Translations under genes and position numbers: made by a program | NCBI RefSeq assembly: GCF_020745735.1 | Contig: NW_026867487.1 | Location: 4,481,239 to 4,545,238, forward strand | Source: Hemiscyllium ocellatum | Lineage: Eukaryota | DNA length: 64,000 bases | Reading direction: 5' to 3' | The notes under the pieces: generated by a model | Databases searched by the model: none | Seen by the model: only the letters and a program-made list of their open reading frames with translations | What the model was told of the DNA's origin: nothing | In this document: piece by piece, positions 1 through 11,436 of the stretch | Layout of the letters: the number at the start of each line of letters is the position of its first letter | How positions within the stretch are numbered: the first letter of the stretch is position 1

Positions 1-245
1 CTGGAGGAAGAATGCCTCACCGTCCGCCTTGGGACATTGCAACCACGAAGGATCAATGTGGATTTCACCAGTTTCCCCATTTCTCTTCCCCAACTTTATC
101 CCATTCCAAAGCATCTAAATTGGCACGGCTCTGTAACCTGTCCATCCTCCATCCCACCTATCCGCTCTACCCTCAAAATATCGATTATCCTGCTGCTTGG
201 GTGCTGCCTGACCTACTGTGTTTCTCTGGCACCACACTGGAGCTA
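1..245 (+). mobile_element. Penelope-like element 3' end fragment
   Basis: Matches the 3' end of the RT/GIY-YIG element at 21410-21800, including the tail GCTGCCTGACCTACTGTGTTTCTCTGGCACCACACT. Confidence 0.75.
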
Positions 246-439
246 TAAATTAACAGACAATACAAAGTCTGGTTGTGAGACTTTGGATAAGGACTTGCGA
301 GATCTCCAGCCCGAAAGAAATCAATATTGCGTCCAGAAGGCTCACGTTATCCAAGTGGAAAATGAGGCGTTTGTTATTTTTCTAAGTTGCACTGAGCTTC
401 ACTAGAGTATTGCAGTAAAGCCTGAACCAAGGTATTGGA

Positions 440-835
440 TAGGGAACAGCGTGGTGTGTTGAATGTTCAGGATCATTTCATTCTGAAGAGAATACAAGTG
501 TTCTGCATAGCGGCCACCCAACGAACACTGTTTCCCCAGCTAGAGGAGACGACATTGTGAGTCATAAATGCAGTCAAAAAAAATATATGAAGTGCAGGTA
601 AAGCACTGCTGCACCTGGAAGATATGTTTTGGCACTTGGATAATGAGGAGAGTGGAACTGAACGGAAAGGTGTTGCATCTTCTCTGACTGTAACCGAAGA
701 TTTTGTGAGTCTGTGTGTGCTATTGGGGTTGAAGGAAGAGTTGGGCAGTGTGTCCCAGGCGGACTGGTCCATGCCGAAGGCTGACTAGGAGGAGGAGGGA
801 AATGTATGTCTGGAAATCCCACGTAGGAAGTTTAT
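440..835 (-). mobile_element. Penelope-like GIY-YIG endonuclease fragment (copies ~21950-22390 and ~44430-44825)
   Basis: The paralogous minus-strand ORF 44537-44842 reads QGPKHIFQVKQCFTCTSYNFVYCIHYSQCRLL, resembling the region leading into the GIY-YIG motif of Penelope-like elements. Confidence 0.75.
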
Positions 836-1113
836 CAGACGTCAACTCGTCTTCACTCTCGCTCTGATTAGAGACAATGAATGAAAGCGGAACTTCTCAA
901 TCTTATTTCAAAATCGAATTTCTTTTATTCACATCGTTGTCTCGATCATTTAATGCCTGAGCTTTGCTTGAAATCACTCAGAGTTTAAATTGTTTCTACA
1001 TTCAGTTGGCCACCAAACTTCTCTTAGGTCAATTAAAAACAAACTTTCCACATTTGGTCATCCTTTACTGAGCAACAGAGTGAGCTTCTAATGTTTCTCT
1101 TTTCTAACATAAA

Positions 1114-1138
1114 CAGGAACCTGTGGTTATTGACGTTA
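1114..1138 (+). promoter_or_regulatory. Putative V-A promoter element: ETS (CAGGAA) + RUNX (TGTGGTT) + CRE-like (TGACGTTA)
   Basis: CAGGAA 1114-1119, TGTGGTT 1122-1128, TGACGTTA 1131-1138, starting 149 nt before the leader ATG. The arrangement is retained near 22637-22660 (AAGGAA, TGACATTA) and 45111-45135. Confidence 0.55.
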
Positions 1139-1279
1139 TCAGTACAAGGCCGTCCTATCGCACGACTTTCCGGAAATGACATAAAACTAAACGTAATCCA
1201 AGCTGACAGCGCTTTCATCTTGGGTGTTCTGCAGACTTTTGAGACGCAAAATTTGACATCGAATTCCAAACCAGCAGCG

Positions 1280-2361
1280 ATGTTGCTGTCCGTTCTCTCT
1301 CTGACCTGCATTACCTCCATTGTTGGTAAGGAGTTTAAAAAGAAGTTAAATTGAAGGTTTAATATATTTGAGAGACAGAGTGCATGGATTTGACGAATAT
1401 TAGAGCTACTTCAAAGCACGCTTCGTACTTGCAAGCAATTCTGGTCTCTGTCTTCCACAAAAAAAAATGAAGGGATAAAAACTGCAAGAGAAAAGTGATT
1501 TATACAGATGTTGCTGGAATTGAAAGTTTGACAGAAATCAACGTGTCGGCTTGCGTCCATTTCTCCCCTAATGGGAACACTAAAGTGTATCTAAATTGAT
1601 GTCTTTACAATGGTGAAAGGATCTTATGTTCGGGTCACGAAGCAACATAGTACAGTTGAGGAGGATTCCAGGTTTAATAAGCAAGGTTAAACGGCACAAA
1701 GTTATCTAATGAGGATGTTGGGAAAAAGAATAACAGCTGTTTTTCCGGACAACAGGTACAATAGGTTTTTATTAGCACAAGGGGTAGTTGGAGTGACGAA
1801 CAAAGATGCACTTAAAAGGAAAGCAGATAAGCAGGAGAGGGAGAAAGGGATTGAGAGACACACTATTAAAATGAGAGGGAGAAATAAGTGAGTATGCTTG
1901 TGGTTATTATGCACACAGCCATGAGGCCAACGACCTGAACGAGCCTCTTCTCCTCTGAATTCTATCTATTTTGAAGATATCATCAATTTCTAAGTTCGGT
2001 TTACCTTAATCGAACATTTAATCTTTGTTTTCTGCTTTCCCTAAACTTGTGTTCTAGATCTGAGCGATGCAGTTTCTGTTACTCAACGATATCTTTCGTT
2101 AAGGCAGACAGAGGGACAAGATGTCACGTTAAATTGCACCTACACTGAAGAGGCTAATTACTTGTACTGGTACCGTCAGTACTCGGGCAGAGAGCCAGAG
2201 TTTGCAGTTCGGAGGCACACGGGCGGTGGTGCTGACGTGAAGGCAAATTTCGCTCAGTCCCGGTTTTCTGATACCCTCCAGAAGACAGAGAAGTTGTACC
2301 AATTGACCATCTCGCAGCTCCTGCTGTCTGACACAGCCGTCTATTACTGTGCAATGAGCCT
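1280..2361 (+). CDS. TCR alpha/delta-type V segment, family A copy 1, intact: join(1280..1325,2058..2361)
   Basis: 46-nt hydrophobic leader with phase-1 donor G|GTAAGG and acceptor TTCTAG. Spliced protein: MLLSVLSLTCITSIVDLSDAVSVTQRYLSLRQTEGQDVTLNCTYTEEANYLYWYRQYSGREPEFAVRRHTGGGADVKANFAQSRFSDTLQKTEKLYQLTISQLLLSDTAVYYCAMS. Canonical Cys, Trp and YYC are present, followed by an RSS. Confidence 0.93.
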
Positions 2362-2400
2362 CACAGTGACAGAAAGGAGTGAAAGCCTTGTACAATAACT
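2362..2400 (+). other. 23-bp-spacer recombination signal sequence
   Basis: CACAGTG + 23 nt + ACAATAACT. Confidence 0.93.
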
Positions 2401-3415
2401 GCCGCATGTTTCTGGGTCACAGCTGCTGTTGTTGCGGGCCGTTTGTAACAGTAGGTTACAGACTTAAGCTTCATTTTCCTGTGAAGGATATGTCCCAGAG
2501 GACAGATCCCATCATCAGCATTTACACTTGTTCACCTCGAATGCTGTTTCTGATTATTGCATCGTGTGAGGACCGAGTATCTGTTGTTTATTTGGGAATG
2601 TCAAGGAACACCTCACTCAATTTCATTGAGAATAAAATATGCGCAGTTGGCTTGGCACTACCCATTTCCATGTACCGCCCTTTTTGAAATGAAATGGAAC
2701 AAATAATTTTCAATGTGAAATTGCTTAATGAGGAGTAGAAAGCAGTCATCCATGTGAGAAGAACCTTAATATTTAAACAAACCCAATTTAACAACTATTA
2801 ATATAGTCACAATAAATGTTACATTCTACAACGTAACAAGGTAAAAGGGCGATATTTTCAGGATATGATGACAGGATAAGAACAATGATATTGACAGCAA
2901 TAATCTGGAAGGACATGCGTGGGCTTCTCTTGGAATACCTGGTCAGAAAACTGAGGGAATAGAAAAGCCTTTTAATTTTTCAATGTACTAATTGTGCAGA
3001 ACATTGGAAGGAAGTTTAGATATCCGCACTCACCAGGTAAGGCTGAATTAATAATTGAATAACAATAATTATTTCTTTTTTTCCTCTTATCTATCCGGTG
3101 ATAGATATCCTGTTTCAGTTAAATATTCAGGAATGACTGGAAAAGAGTCAGGTCAGATATTTTTGGAGTCCAGTCTCTCACAAATCTTTTGAGGCATAAA
3201 ATGGCATAAAATGACCAATCACATTTTAAATGAAGTTCAGAATACATCTTATGTAAGTGGAGCACAGGAACCCATCTCCAATGCAGCGATTATATGGTCA
3301 TTTCTCAATTCGGTTATTTTCCACAAAACACATGGAAAGACCTGGTTTTTCTGCATTCTGCACCTCCCGTGCAACCCCTGATATCTATTCTGTTCACTTT
3401 GTCACATTACACGTA

Positions 3416-4259
3416 TGTTTTTGTTGTCGGCTCCCACTGGTTTTCATTACCATATCCCTCAGCTTGCAGTTCCCATGGACCCTCCAACGCCATGGCATCA
3501 ATATGGATTTCACCAGTTTCCTCATTTCCTCTCCCTCAACCTATCCCAGTTCCAAATGTCAAACTCGGCACTATCCCTATGAACTGTCCTACCCGTCCAT
3601 CTTTATTCCCACCTATCCACTCCACCCTCCCCTCCAACCTATCATTGTCACCCCACCTCCATCTAACGATGCACACACAACTGCCTTCACCAACCCCCCT
3701 CCCACAACCAACTCACTCCCATTTATCCCACCACCATCTCTGCTCACAGCCTCATTGCTGAAAAAGGGCCCTTGCCTGAAACGTCAATTTTTCCTGCTCC
3801 GTGGATGCTGCCTGGCCTGCTGTGTTTTTCAGCTTCCTCGATTCTAATCTCCAGCCTCTGCCATCCTACGTTCACCTCCGTTGTTAGGCAGCTCAGCTTA
3901 CCTATAGTAAAGTTCCCCTTATATTTCTAAACATCCATCAATGTAGACAATCGAGCACGAATGCAGTTTGCTGTAACAGCATTCCCATATTTAAAAATGT
4001 CGATGAAGAATATTGCATCAGTTAGCCGACTCCTGACGGCACACTTCCAAGAGGTATTTTACTGAAATAACGCTCACAACATATCTTTAGAACTGTGTCA
4101 CTGTAACCAGCTCCTGTGATATCATATGTGCACAAGTAATAAATAAGGAAATATAGAAAGGAAATGATATCAAAATAACGATGATGATCAATGTTATGTA
4201 GTTAAAGCTAATATTGCAAGACCAAGAAACATAGCTGAACAGATGATTATCATAAGCAT
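3416..4259 (-). pseudogene. V pseudogene family D copy 1, split by a retroelement insertion
   Basis: Leader MLMIIICSAMFLG (4259-4223) and acceptor CACAG at 4114. FR1 is internally deleted; frameshifted CRQES and FR3 NFTIGEL follow. The insert comes next, then C-K-L-R and the RSS TATGGTA-23-ACAAAAACA (3454-3416). Confidence 0.8.
3471..3878 (+). mobile_element. Penelope-like 3' end (~400 bp) inserted in V-D1
   Basis: Similar to the element tail at 21430-21800 (GGCATCAATATGGATTTCACCAGTTTCC ... GCTGCCTGGCCTGCTGTG). Confidence 0.75.
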
Positions 4260-4949
4260 GTTCCCTATCAGTGATCGTTTTACAACATACGAACCTACCA
4301 TTTAAAGGAGTTGCAGCAGAAGAAATAATCAAAGCTAATATGTTTTTCGAGCGGATGGTGAATGGAACAAGGGATCGAAGCTGAATTGCTTGTTTTAAGA
4401 ATCAATGATCTGTCATGTCCAGTCTCCATGCCAATTAGTTCATTTCGGACACACAGTCACCCAATCGCCTTTCAGCTCCATTGTACTCCAATTATAGAGA
4501 CCAACGTGTTGGTTATGTGTACCCCTAATGGGAGCTGGAGGAGTCAATTTAGTCTGTCGAAATTTCCGCACCGGAAAATGAAGTCGTGGTTGAATTACCT
4601 CACGGCGAAAAAATTACTCAAATAATTCCTGTCATTTACGACTCACTAATCTATCGACATTGTCTGAAATATATTCAGGACAATGGCTGAAATATTTTCT
4701 GATGACAGAATTAAGTTTGAAATGAGCATTAATTTGAATTTGTGTTTTTACGTTGAGTAACTGTGGGTCGCTCAAGGGTAATATTTAATGTTGTGGTACG
4801 AGTATTACGCTCTGTCATTAATTGTGCTGCTCACCGATCAGGAAAAACGTGCACAACAATTCTTTCAAAGAAATGTACTGAAGTGTCAGTGTGTGATAAG
4901 CTGTAATGAACAGACATCAATGGGTAGCAGCTATCATCAAGAAAACTGG

Positions 4950-5404
4950 GGCATTTCTTCTGATTTTACTCATTTCCAGCACTGAATTGCACAGTTGGAG
5001 ATCATGTGGTCACTCTGCAGTTACTCCGATATAATTAATTGGTACAACCCATCTGCTTGCTGGAAAGCATGAGCGCATTAACCTGAGCGAAACCCGCCTT
5101 AAACACAACAGCACAGCTCGTGCACCATCTGAATTCGACCTCAGATTCTGTGACTGGTCACTGAACATGCAAAAACAAGGCATCAGCGTTACCAGTGTAC
5201 ATGCAGTTCAAAGTGAATTCTTCTCCCTCTGTGTGTGTGAGCGAGGGTTCACTCTGATTGACATGAACTGCATAGATCAGGTCAGGAACAAGAGAGGAGG
5301 AAATGGAAATCCAGAAATTAAACGTTCGTTCGATTCAAGTTGAAGATGGAAGTTCATGGGTTACCAACAACAATTGATCGCAGAAAACATCTCATTAGGA
5401 CCAT
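4950..5404 (-). pseudogene. Inverted family-A-related V pseudogene copy 1
   Basis: Leader MVLMRCFLRSIVVG (5404-5365, donor GTAACC), 82-nt intron, acceptor mutated to TG. Exon 5282-4986 reads DLIYAVHVNQSEPSLTHTEGEEFTLNCMYTGNADALFLHVQ*...KAGFAQ...LYQLIISE*LQSDHMISNCAI. The heptamer has lost CAC. Confidence 0.8.
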
Positions 5405-5989
5405 CCAGTCTGTGCCCATGCGTACAATAACCACAAGCATCATATCTATTTCATCGCTCATTCTGCCTACGAATCAGTCCATCCTTTTCTCCCTCCCAAG
5501 TTTTTTCTTGTCTTCTTTTAAATGCACCTTTGTTGCTCTCTCCAAACACTCCTGGTGGTTATGACATACTCGTTCTACTTGTTCTCAGCTGAACAATGAA
5601 TGGTGATGAACTGATTAAGCAACTTCAATATTGTTTTGTTAACATTGCTGGAATATGCGTCACGATTATTCAGTCACTTTGCTTGCATTATTTATTTGAA
5701 TGCATAGCCATGATTGCACTTGTTTACCAATTAACTGATGAATCGTGACTAAATTCAACTTCTTTTATTACTCTGGTTGAAATCTGATTCAGGATTATTC
5801 AGACAATTTATCGGGATTATTAGCTTGAGAGTTTAACTACGATGTTATATAATCCATAGCTAATTTGGTGAAATCACAGACAAGATGACAGAGCTCCCAC
5901 TTGTGGTGATGAGAGAAACATGACCTGTCTCTGAAAAATTACTGAGTTTTCAAATAATTGAAAGAGGTTAGTGTCTGGTTCCGAAAATT

Positions 5990-6135
5990 ATTGTTATTAT
6001 TATTAATAGTATTCGAATTGTTATCATCATCTTCATCATCACCATCATTGTCATCATCATCATCGCTATCATCACCATTATCATTGTCATCATCGCCATC
6101 ACCGCTGTCATCACCATCATCATCATCAAAATTAG
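5990..6135. repeat. (TAT)n/(CAT)n imperfect trinucleotide microsatellite (paralog ~27070-27200)
   Basis: Directly visible ATC/TCA/TTA runs; these explain the poly-Ser and poly-Asp ORFs. Confidence 0.95.
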
Positions 6136-6964
6136 TATTATACATCTTCATGCAGATGCACAATTGCTCGGAAAAAATATCAACTACTTTTGTTTTCCAC
6201 CTTCTACTGTTTATTTATTTTCAATATCCCAAACGGATCCTTCCAATCAATGTAGAACCGCAGTGGTCACCACAATTCCCACATGTTCACGCAAATGATG
6301 GCAATAGATGTGATCCGAGTTGTTGTGTTCAACGTTTTTCATTCCAGTTGAAAATTACCCAAGCACAGTGGGTTGTGACTACTGTGTCAATTATAACAGC
6401 TCACATGATTTCGCTACTGCGTTGAAAGGTGCTGGAATCAGTCGCTGGAATCTGCAGATCGTCGATTTAGGAAAACGTGTCAGAGATTCCAGGGTAGAGG
6501 ACAAAATAGAATTACGCAGAAAGTTTCAGCTTTGATTGAACAGCAAGTTTGATTAACTGCGAGCTGCAGTTTGGAAGGACTGCAGACGCTGGCAGTCAGA
6601 GTCCATAAGATGTGGAGATGTGACGAGGTAGCAGATCAGATAGTATCAGAGGAGCCGGAAAAAACTATATTGCATGTCGCGACCCTTCATCTTGACTGAT
6701 GAAATGTGGAAAATAATAGGACGTGCATCCAGGATAAATGCGACTAGAAAACAGAACTAATGCTTTTATCAATCACTCAAGTGTTAGTACCTAACTGAAG
6801 TACTTTCCCAGAACTTTCCCCGCGAGCTGCAAGGACGGGACCAAAACTGGCAAGCACCAGACCTGTTAGTTGTCATTGCATTTCGATAAAAGAAATCTCG
6901 AAGCACTATTTGTGCTCCTCGGAGAAAAATCTCAAATTGTTGGTAGCATGTTAGATTGCCGAGC

Positions 6965-7075
6965 ATGGATTTGAAACGTCTGAGAGCAATCTCACCAGCT
7001 CAGCGAGCAAACCAACAACTTGATCCACAACCTGAGTTACAAATCCTCTGCAAAATCTTAATATCAAACATTGTT
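6965..7075 (+). repeat. ~110-bp dispersed repeat, probably a Penelope-like terminal fragment (related copy ~15965-16065 and the unit-2 paralogs)
   Basis: GAAACGTCTG..CCAGCTCAGCGAGCAAACCAACAAC..ATCCACAACCTGAGTTACA is shared with 15970-16050. The family assignment comes from recalled shark repeats, not from a search. Confidence 0.5.
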
Positions 7076-8449
7076 TAAGAACACTCTCAAGCAGTCTGAT
7101 TCACAGGTTGTCTGTAGCTTTGATGTTCGCTACTTTTTTGACAGATTTCCAAGAGAGACACGATCTTATTGAGAGTCACTGTCACGCGCATTTTCCTGGT
7201 GTCATGTATTAGTCTCTACCATAGAGATATACAAAGCCTTTTGGCACTATATCGTGGGTGGTGATTTCAGAAGCATTCAGTGTGGGGTGCCATGTTCTCC
7301 CTGGAGAAAGGAAAGGTATACCTGTCAGTCAGGAAAACGGGTAACACAAACTAGCGTTCCAATCTCAAAAGTATTCAATAGAAATAACAATGAACTGGCA
7401 TTCATTATTACATCCATTGACGCGAGTGCCATCAGTCCTGACACTAAACTCATTCTTATGCATCTTGAATAAAATTTTTAACATAAAGTTGGAACGCCCA
7501 GGGTTTTTCAAGTTAAAAGCAATGTTCACAGATTAAATTTCGCTGTGACACCATAATGATCAGATGCAAGCTCTTTGCTTTATTTTACGATGAAGGTTCG
7601 ATGTCTCAGCGCATCCCACATTGAACACCAACGTTTTTGATAATTCCCAAATCTGGGTTCTTGTTTTCTTTTATCTCGTGAACGAATTTACAAAGGATTA
7701 GTTTCTTGCGCCTGGTTTGTGGGGTGAATCAACGCCCAGTGGAATAGCGCAGTTTGAAAATGCAGCTCACCAACGTTTTCTTTAGGGGAAATATAAGTAG
7801 GCAATAAGTGCTGCCATAGTTAGTGTTGTCTGTATCCCATGAATTATTTCTATGCATCATATTGGAAACATCTCAGAATTCTTGTTTAAAACAATCAAGA
7901 TACAAAATCAACCAAGCGTCAACAGCTCTTTTTATTAAAATAGTTCCAATTGAATTCAAATATCAAACAATCTAAAAAAGTCTCTGAAACTCAGTATAAG
8001 GCATAAAGTTGAGATTTTGTCGAGAGGCACGAATTGTGCTTCGAGATCATGATCAAAATGCATAGATCAGTAACAGTGCTTTCTATTTTCGGCCCCAACT
8101 TTGCAGCTGTCTTGATTCTGGGTCATGTATTGCAGTTACGTCGTAGCTCTTGAATGATTAGTAACTGTATTAGTTCTATTTCCCAGTAGCATGAATCGTT
8201 GATAGACATCTCATTTTCAATATTTAATGATCTACATTTCACCCTTCAACAACGTTGTTTTCTTGTTAGCTGACGTACTTTCTCCTCTTTCTTGGAATAA
8301 TTCAACATTATTGACCTGTCATTTCGAACAATTATTTCTTCCAATTACTGACCAACTTCCATTGAGTTAAGTGCATGGTTCTGTTTTTGGCATCAATTGT
8401 ATGTTTATATCTTGGCTTCAGCAATGTTACACAATTCTTTTTTCATTAG

Positions 8450-8645
8450 GTTAATTATATTGGCCGTGCAAAATTGCTTGATAGTGTCCAGGGATGTGTT
8501 GGTTAGGTCGATTAGCCTATGGAATTTACAGGGTTAGAGGGAGATGGTAATTGGATGTGTCAATGTGGGTTGCTCTTCGGAGTGTCGGTTTGGACCTCAT
8601 GGAGCGAATGGCCTGCTTCCACACTGGCAGAATCCTCAGATTCTA
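8450..8645 (+). mobile_element. 3' half of an elasmobranch tRNA-derived SINE (HE1-like); paralog ~29545-29740
   Basis: TTGGCCGTGCAAAATTGC ... GAATGGCCTGCTTCCACACTG resembles the 3' part of the full SINE at 54189-54477. Confidence 0.65.
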
Positions 8646-9624
8646 TTAAATTGCAAGTATAATTTCTCCACGATCATGTTAAAACATCTTCTGATGACAA
8701 ATACCTCTCTACCGTCTGTATTATATCGGTACCTGATTTATTACGGTCTTCTCGTGATGTCAACATTTATCTGGTATGAAGTTGACAATGAGACTGTGAA
8801 TCATTTATCTAACTGTTATAACGTTGTACGTACAATCACATTGCATTATTTACCATTCATTAATGCCAATAAATTAGCGCACAATCCTGATCTGAAATAA
8901 TGGTACGTAATATATTTAACATTCCCATTCATACTCTGAGTAAATTCATGCACTATTTTGGAAGATTAACGCATGCCTTGATGCAATTTTCGAACTGTTC
9001 TAATGGTGAATTAGCAATGCCTAACGTTGTCAAAATGTAAATCTATTGCGTTGTTTCACAGCGCTACTGTAAAATGCATTTATGATCAGTGATGGTTTTG
9101 TGACTATGATTGCAAACAAATCATTATCTATTTGTGAATGTGAATTTGTCATGTGATTAATTATGACAGTCACTGAAAATTTGCCAGAGCAGATTTCCTG
9201 CCTGGAAGCTTTAAATCATATAATTCCCAACTGAATGTAATAAATATATTTACTGACGGAATATTTCTGAAGCAAGATGCTGGCAAGTGTCAAGCACTGT
9301 TAACTTGGCCATTTCAAAAACGTCCATTATTTTCTCTACATTAGAAGGCATAGTGATTCTGTTGTCAACATTTGACATTAACTTTCAACGCAACCTTTCT
9401 TTTCCAACTTTGCTCCTAAAATGGTTCTAATCTGAGGACTGCTCAATGCAGAATTTCTTTCTGCAATCACCCAACAACATGATGGATTTCGACCATTAGA
9501 AGGGAAGACACTTTTCCACAACTGAAGAAAGACCTAGTTGTATTGGTGGCAATTCAGACGAGGTTCACTCAATTAATTCTTGACATGATGTGGTTGTCTT
9601 GTGAAGAAATATTGTTTCTAAAAT

Positions 9625-10520
9625 GTAATGGAATACTCCCACTTACCTGTACGAGTGCAGCCCAACAACACTTGTGAAGTTCGACACCATCCAGGACAAA
9701 GGACAACTATTGATTGTCAGGACTTCTGCAAGCATCCACTCCCTTCAGCGCCGATGCTGAGAAGCAATAGTATGAATTATCTACAAGATGCATTGCAAAA
9801 ATTTGCCTTCGACATATTCTTAGACAGCACCTTCCAAATCCACGACCACGTGTGTTAAGAAGGGAAAGGACAGCAGATAATGGGATTACCAACACCCAAA
9901 AGTTCGCATCTGAGTCATTCCCCATCCTGAATTGACAACATATTGCAGCTCCTTCATTGTCGCTTGGTGAGAGTGTGAAAGTCCTTCACTAACGGCATTG
10001 TTGGTCTATGTACTGCACAAACATTGCCGTGGTTTAAGAAGGCCACCTTCACTACCTCCTTCTGGAGGACAACCTTTATGGATTGGCAATGAATTACCTC
10101 CAATGAAAACACATCCCTCCCCAGCGAAGGACCAAACACTCAATGTTCTAGCTGTGGTCTCGCTGATGCCTTACATCGTTGAAGAAATGTTTTGCAGTTG
10201 TTGCGACAGATGGGCTGCTCAACGGCAAATGGAATTCAATTTAGATAAGTCTGCGGTTGTGCTCTTTGGTACGACAAACAAGGCAAGGGAATCAATAATA
10301 AATGGTAATAGCAAAAAGCAAATTGGATTCATTGCTTTGTCAGTCATGGTGAAATTATGAAAGACAGAAATCGGATATAGAAAGACGAACTTCCAACTTG
10401 GTGAAAAGATCAGTGGCCGGGAGCATAAGTCTAAAGTGAAACACAACTGGTTAAGAGGGATGTGAGGAAATTTATTTTAATCAACAGGATGGGGGAGAAT
10501 CTAGAATTAACTGCCTTTAA
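9625..10520 (+). mobile_element. Non-LTR retrotransposon fragments: L2-like 3' region (~9625-10100) and CR1-like RT C-terminus (~10190-10520); paralog ~30720-31690
   Basis: Translation WAAQRQMEFNLDKSAVVLFGTTNKAR matches the CR1 WQMEFNxxKCxVLHFG motif. The upstream part resembles 59240-59508. Confidence 0.7.
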
Positions 10521-11219
10521 TGGAATTAGAGGCAGACACATCCATTTCGATATGCTCTTGCTGCACCAAGGTACACATGCGAGAATAGTTCGTTTTTCTG
10601 ACCAGCGTTTTTTCGATTGGATAAAATTATTTTTAATTAGAGAGGGAAAGCAAGAAACGTAGGTAGAGGTTTAAAATTAGGATCATCATCTCTCAGGCGA
10701 GGTGAGAGGTTAAGAAGGCGAGTCATTCATGATAACCTAAGCTATCATCAATTTGCAATGCAGCCACCTGAACGCACCAATCCCCGAGAATAAGAGCACT
10801 ACATTAATTTGTTGAATTAAATGCGTTTTCAAGGTATATGGTCAGCGAAATGAAGAAGGGACTTTGATAGCAATGGCACGTTCTGAGAAGATATGAAATG
10901 AAGCATGACTTCTTGCAGTTCTGTATAATCCGGTGTGGCTCATGCCGGTTCATCAAACATTTATAGTTATTTTATTTTTGCATAATTATTTGAAAGCAAA
11001 GAACTTGAAAATTGCGTGAAAAAAAAACAAGATCAGCAGATACATGGTATTCAGTTATCAGGATCTGATATAGATTTTCCACTGTACAATTAATTTTGCA
11101 GCATTTCTTAATATGGCTCATATTTCACGGTTTTGGAAGGTTGAGCGCACAGATGATTGCCAATAATGCTGCTTTTATCTATACTGTAAAGAAGGACGAG
11201 TGTTAATCTCGGCGTGTGT

Positions 11220-11436
11220 NNNNNNNNNNNNNNNNNNNNNNNNNNNNNNNNNNNNNNNNNNNNNNNNNNNNNNNNNNNNNNNNNNNNNNNNNNNNNNNNN
11301 NNNNNNNNNNNNNNNNNNNNNNNNNNNNNNNNNNNNNNNNNNNNNNNNNNNNNNNNNNNNNNNNNNNNNNNNNNNNNNNNNNNNNNNNNNNNNNNNNNNN
11401 NNNNNNNNNNNNNNNNNNNNNNNNNNNNNNNNNNNN
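11220..11436. other. Assembly gap (N run) inside a GT/GA microsatellite
   Basis: N run flanked by GTGTGT and a GA-rich tract. Confidence 0.99.

Noticed and set aside
1091-1279. In-frame open extension upstream of the V-A leader in all three copies
   Set aside because: Mostly non-ATG starts, overlaps promoter motifs, and the copies are too similar for shared openness to indicate selection.
5939-6163. Poly-Asp/Asn and poly-Ser ORFs
   Set aside because: Translation of a trinucleotide microsatellite.
7690-7850. Minus-strand VGELHFQTALFHWAL resembling GELQLSDTAVYYCAL
   Set aside because: Short, the upstream YRQ is far too close, and there is no valid RSS; not distinguishable from chance by eye.
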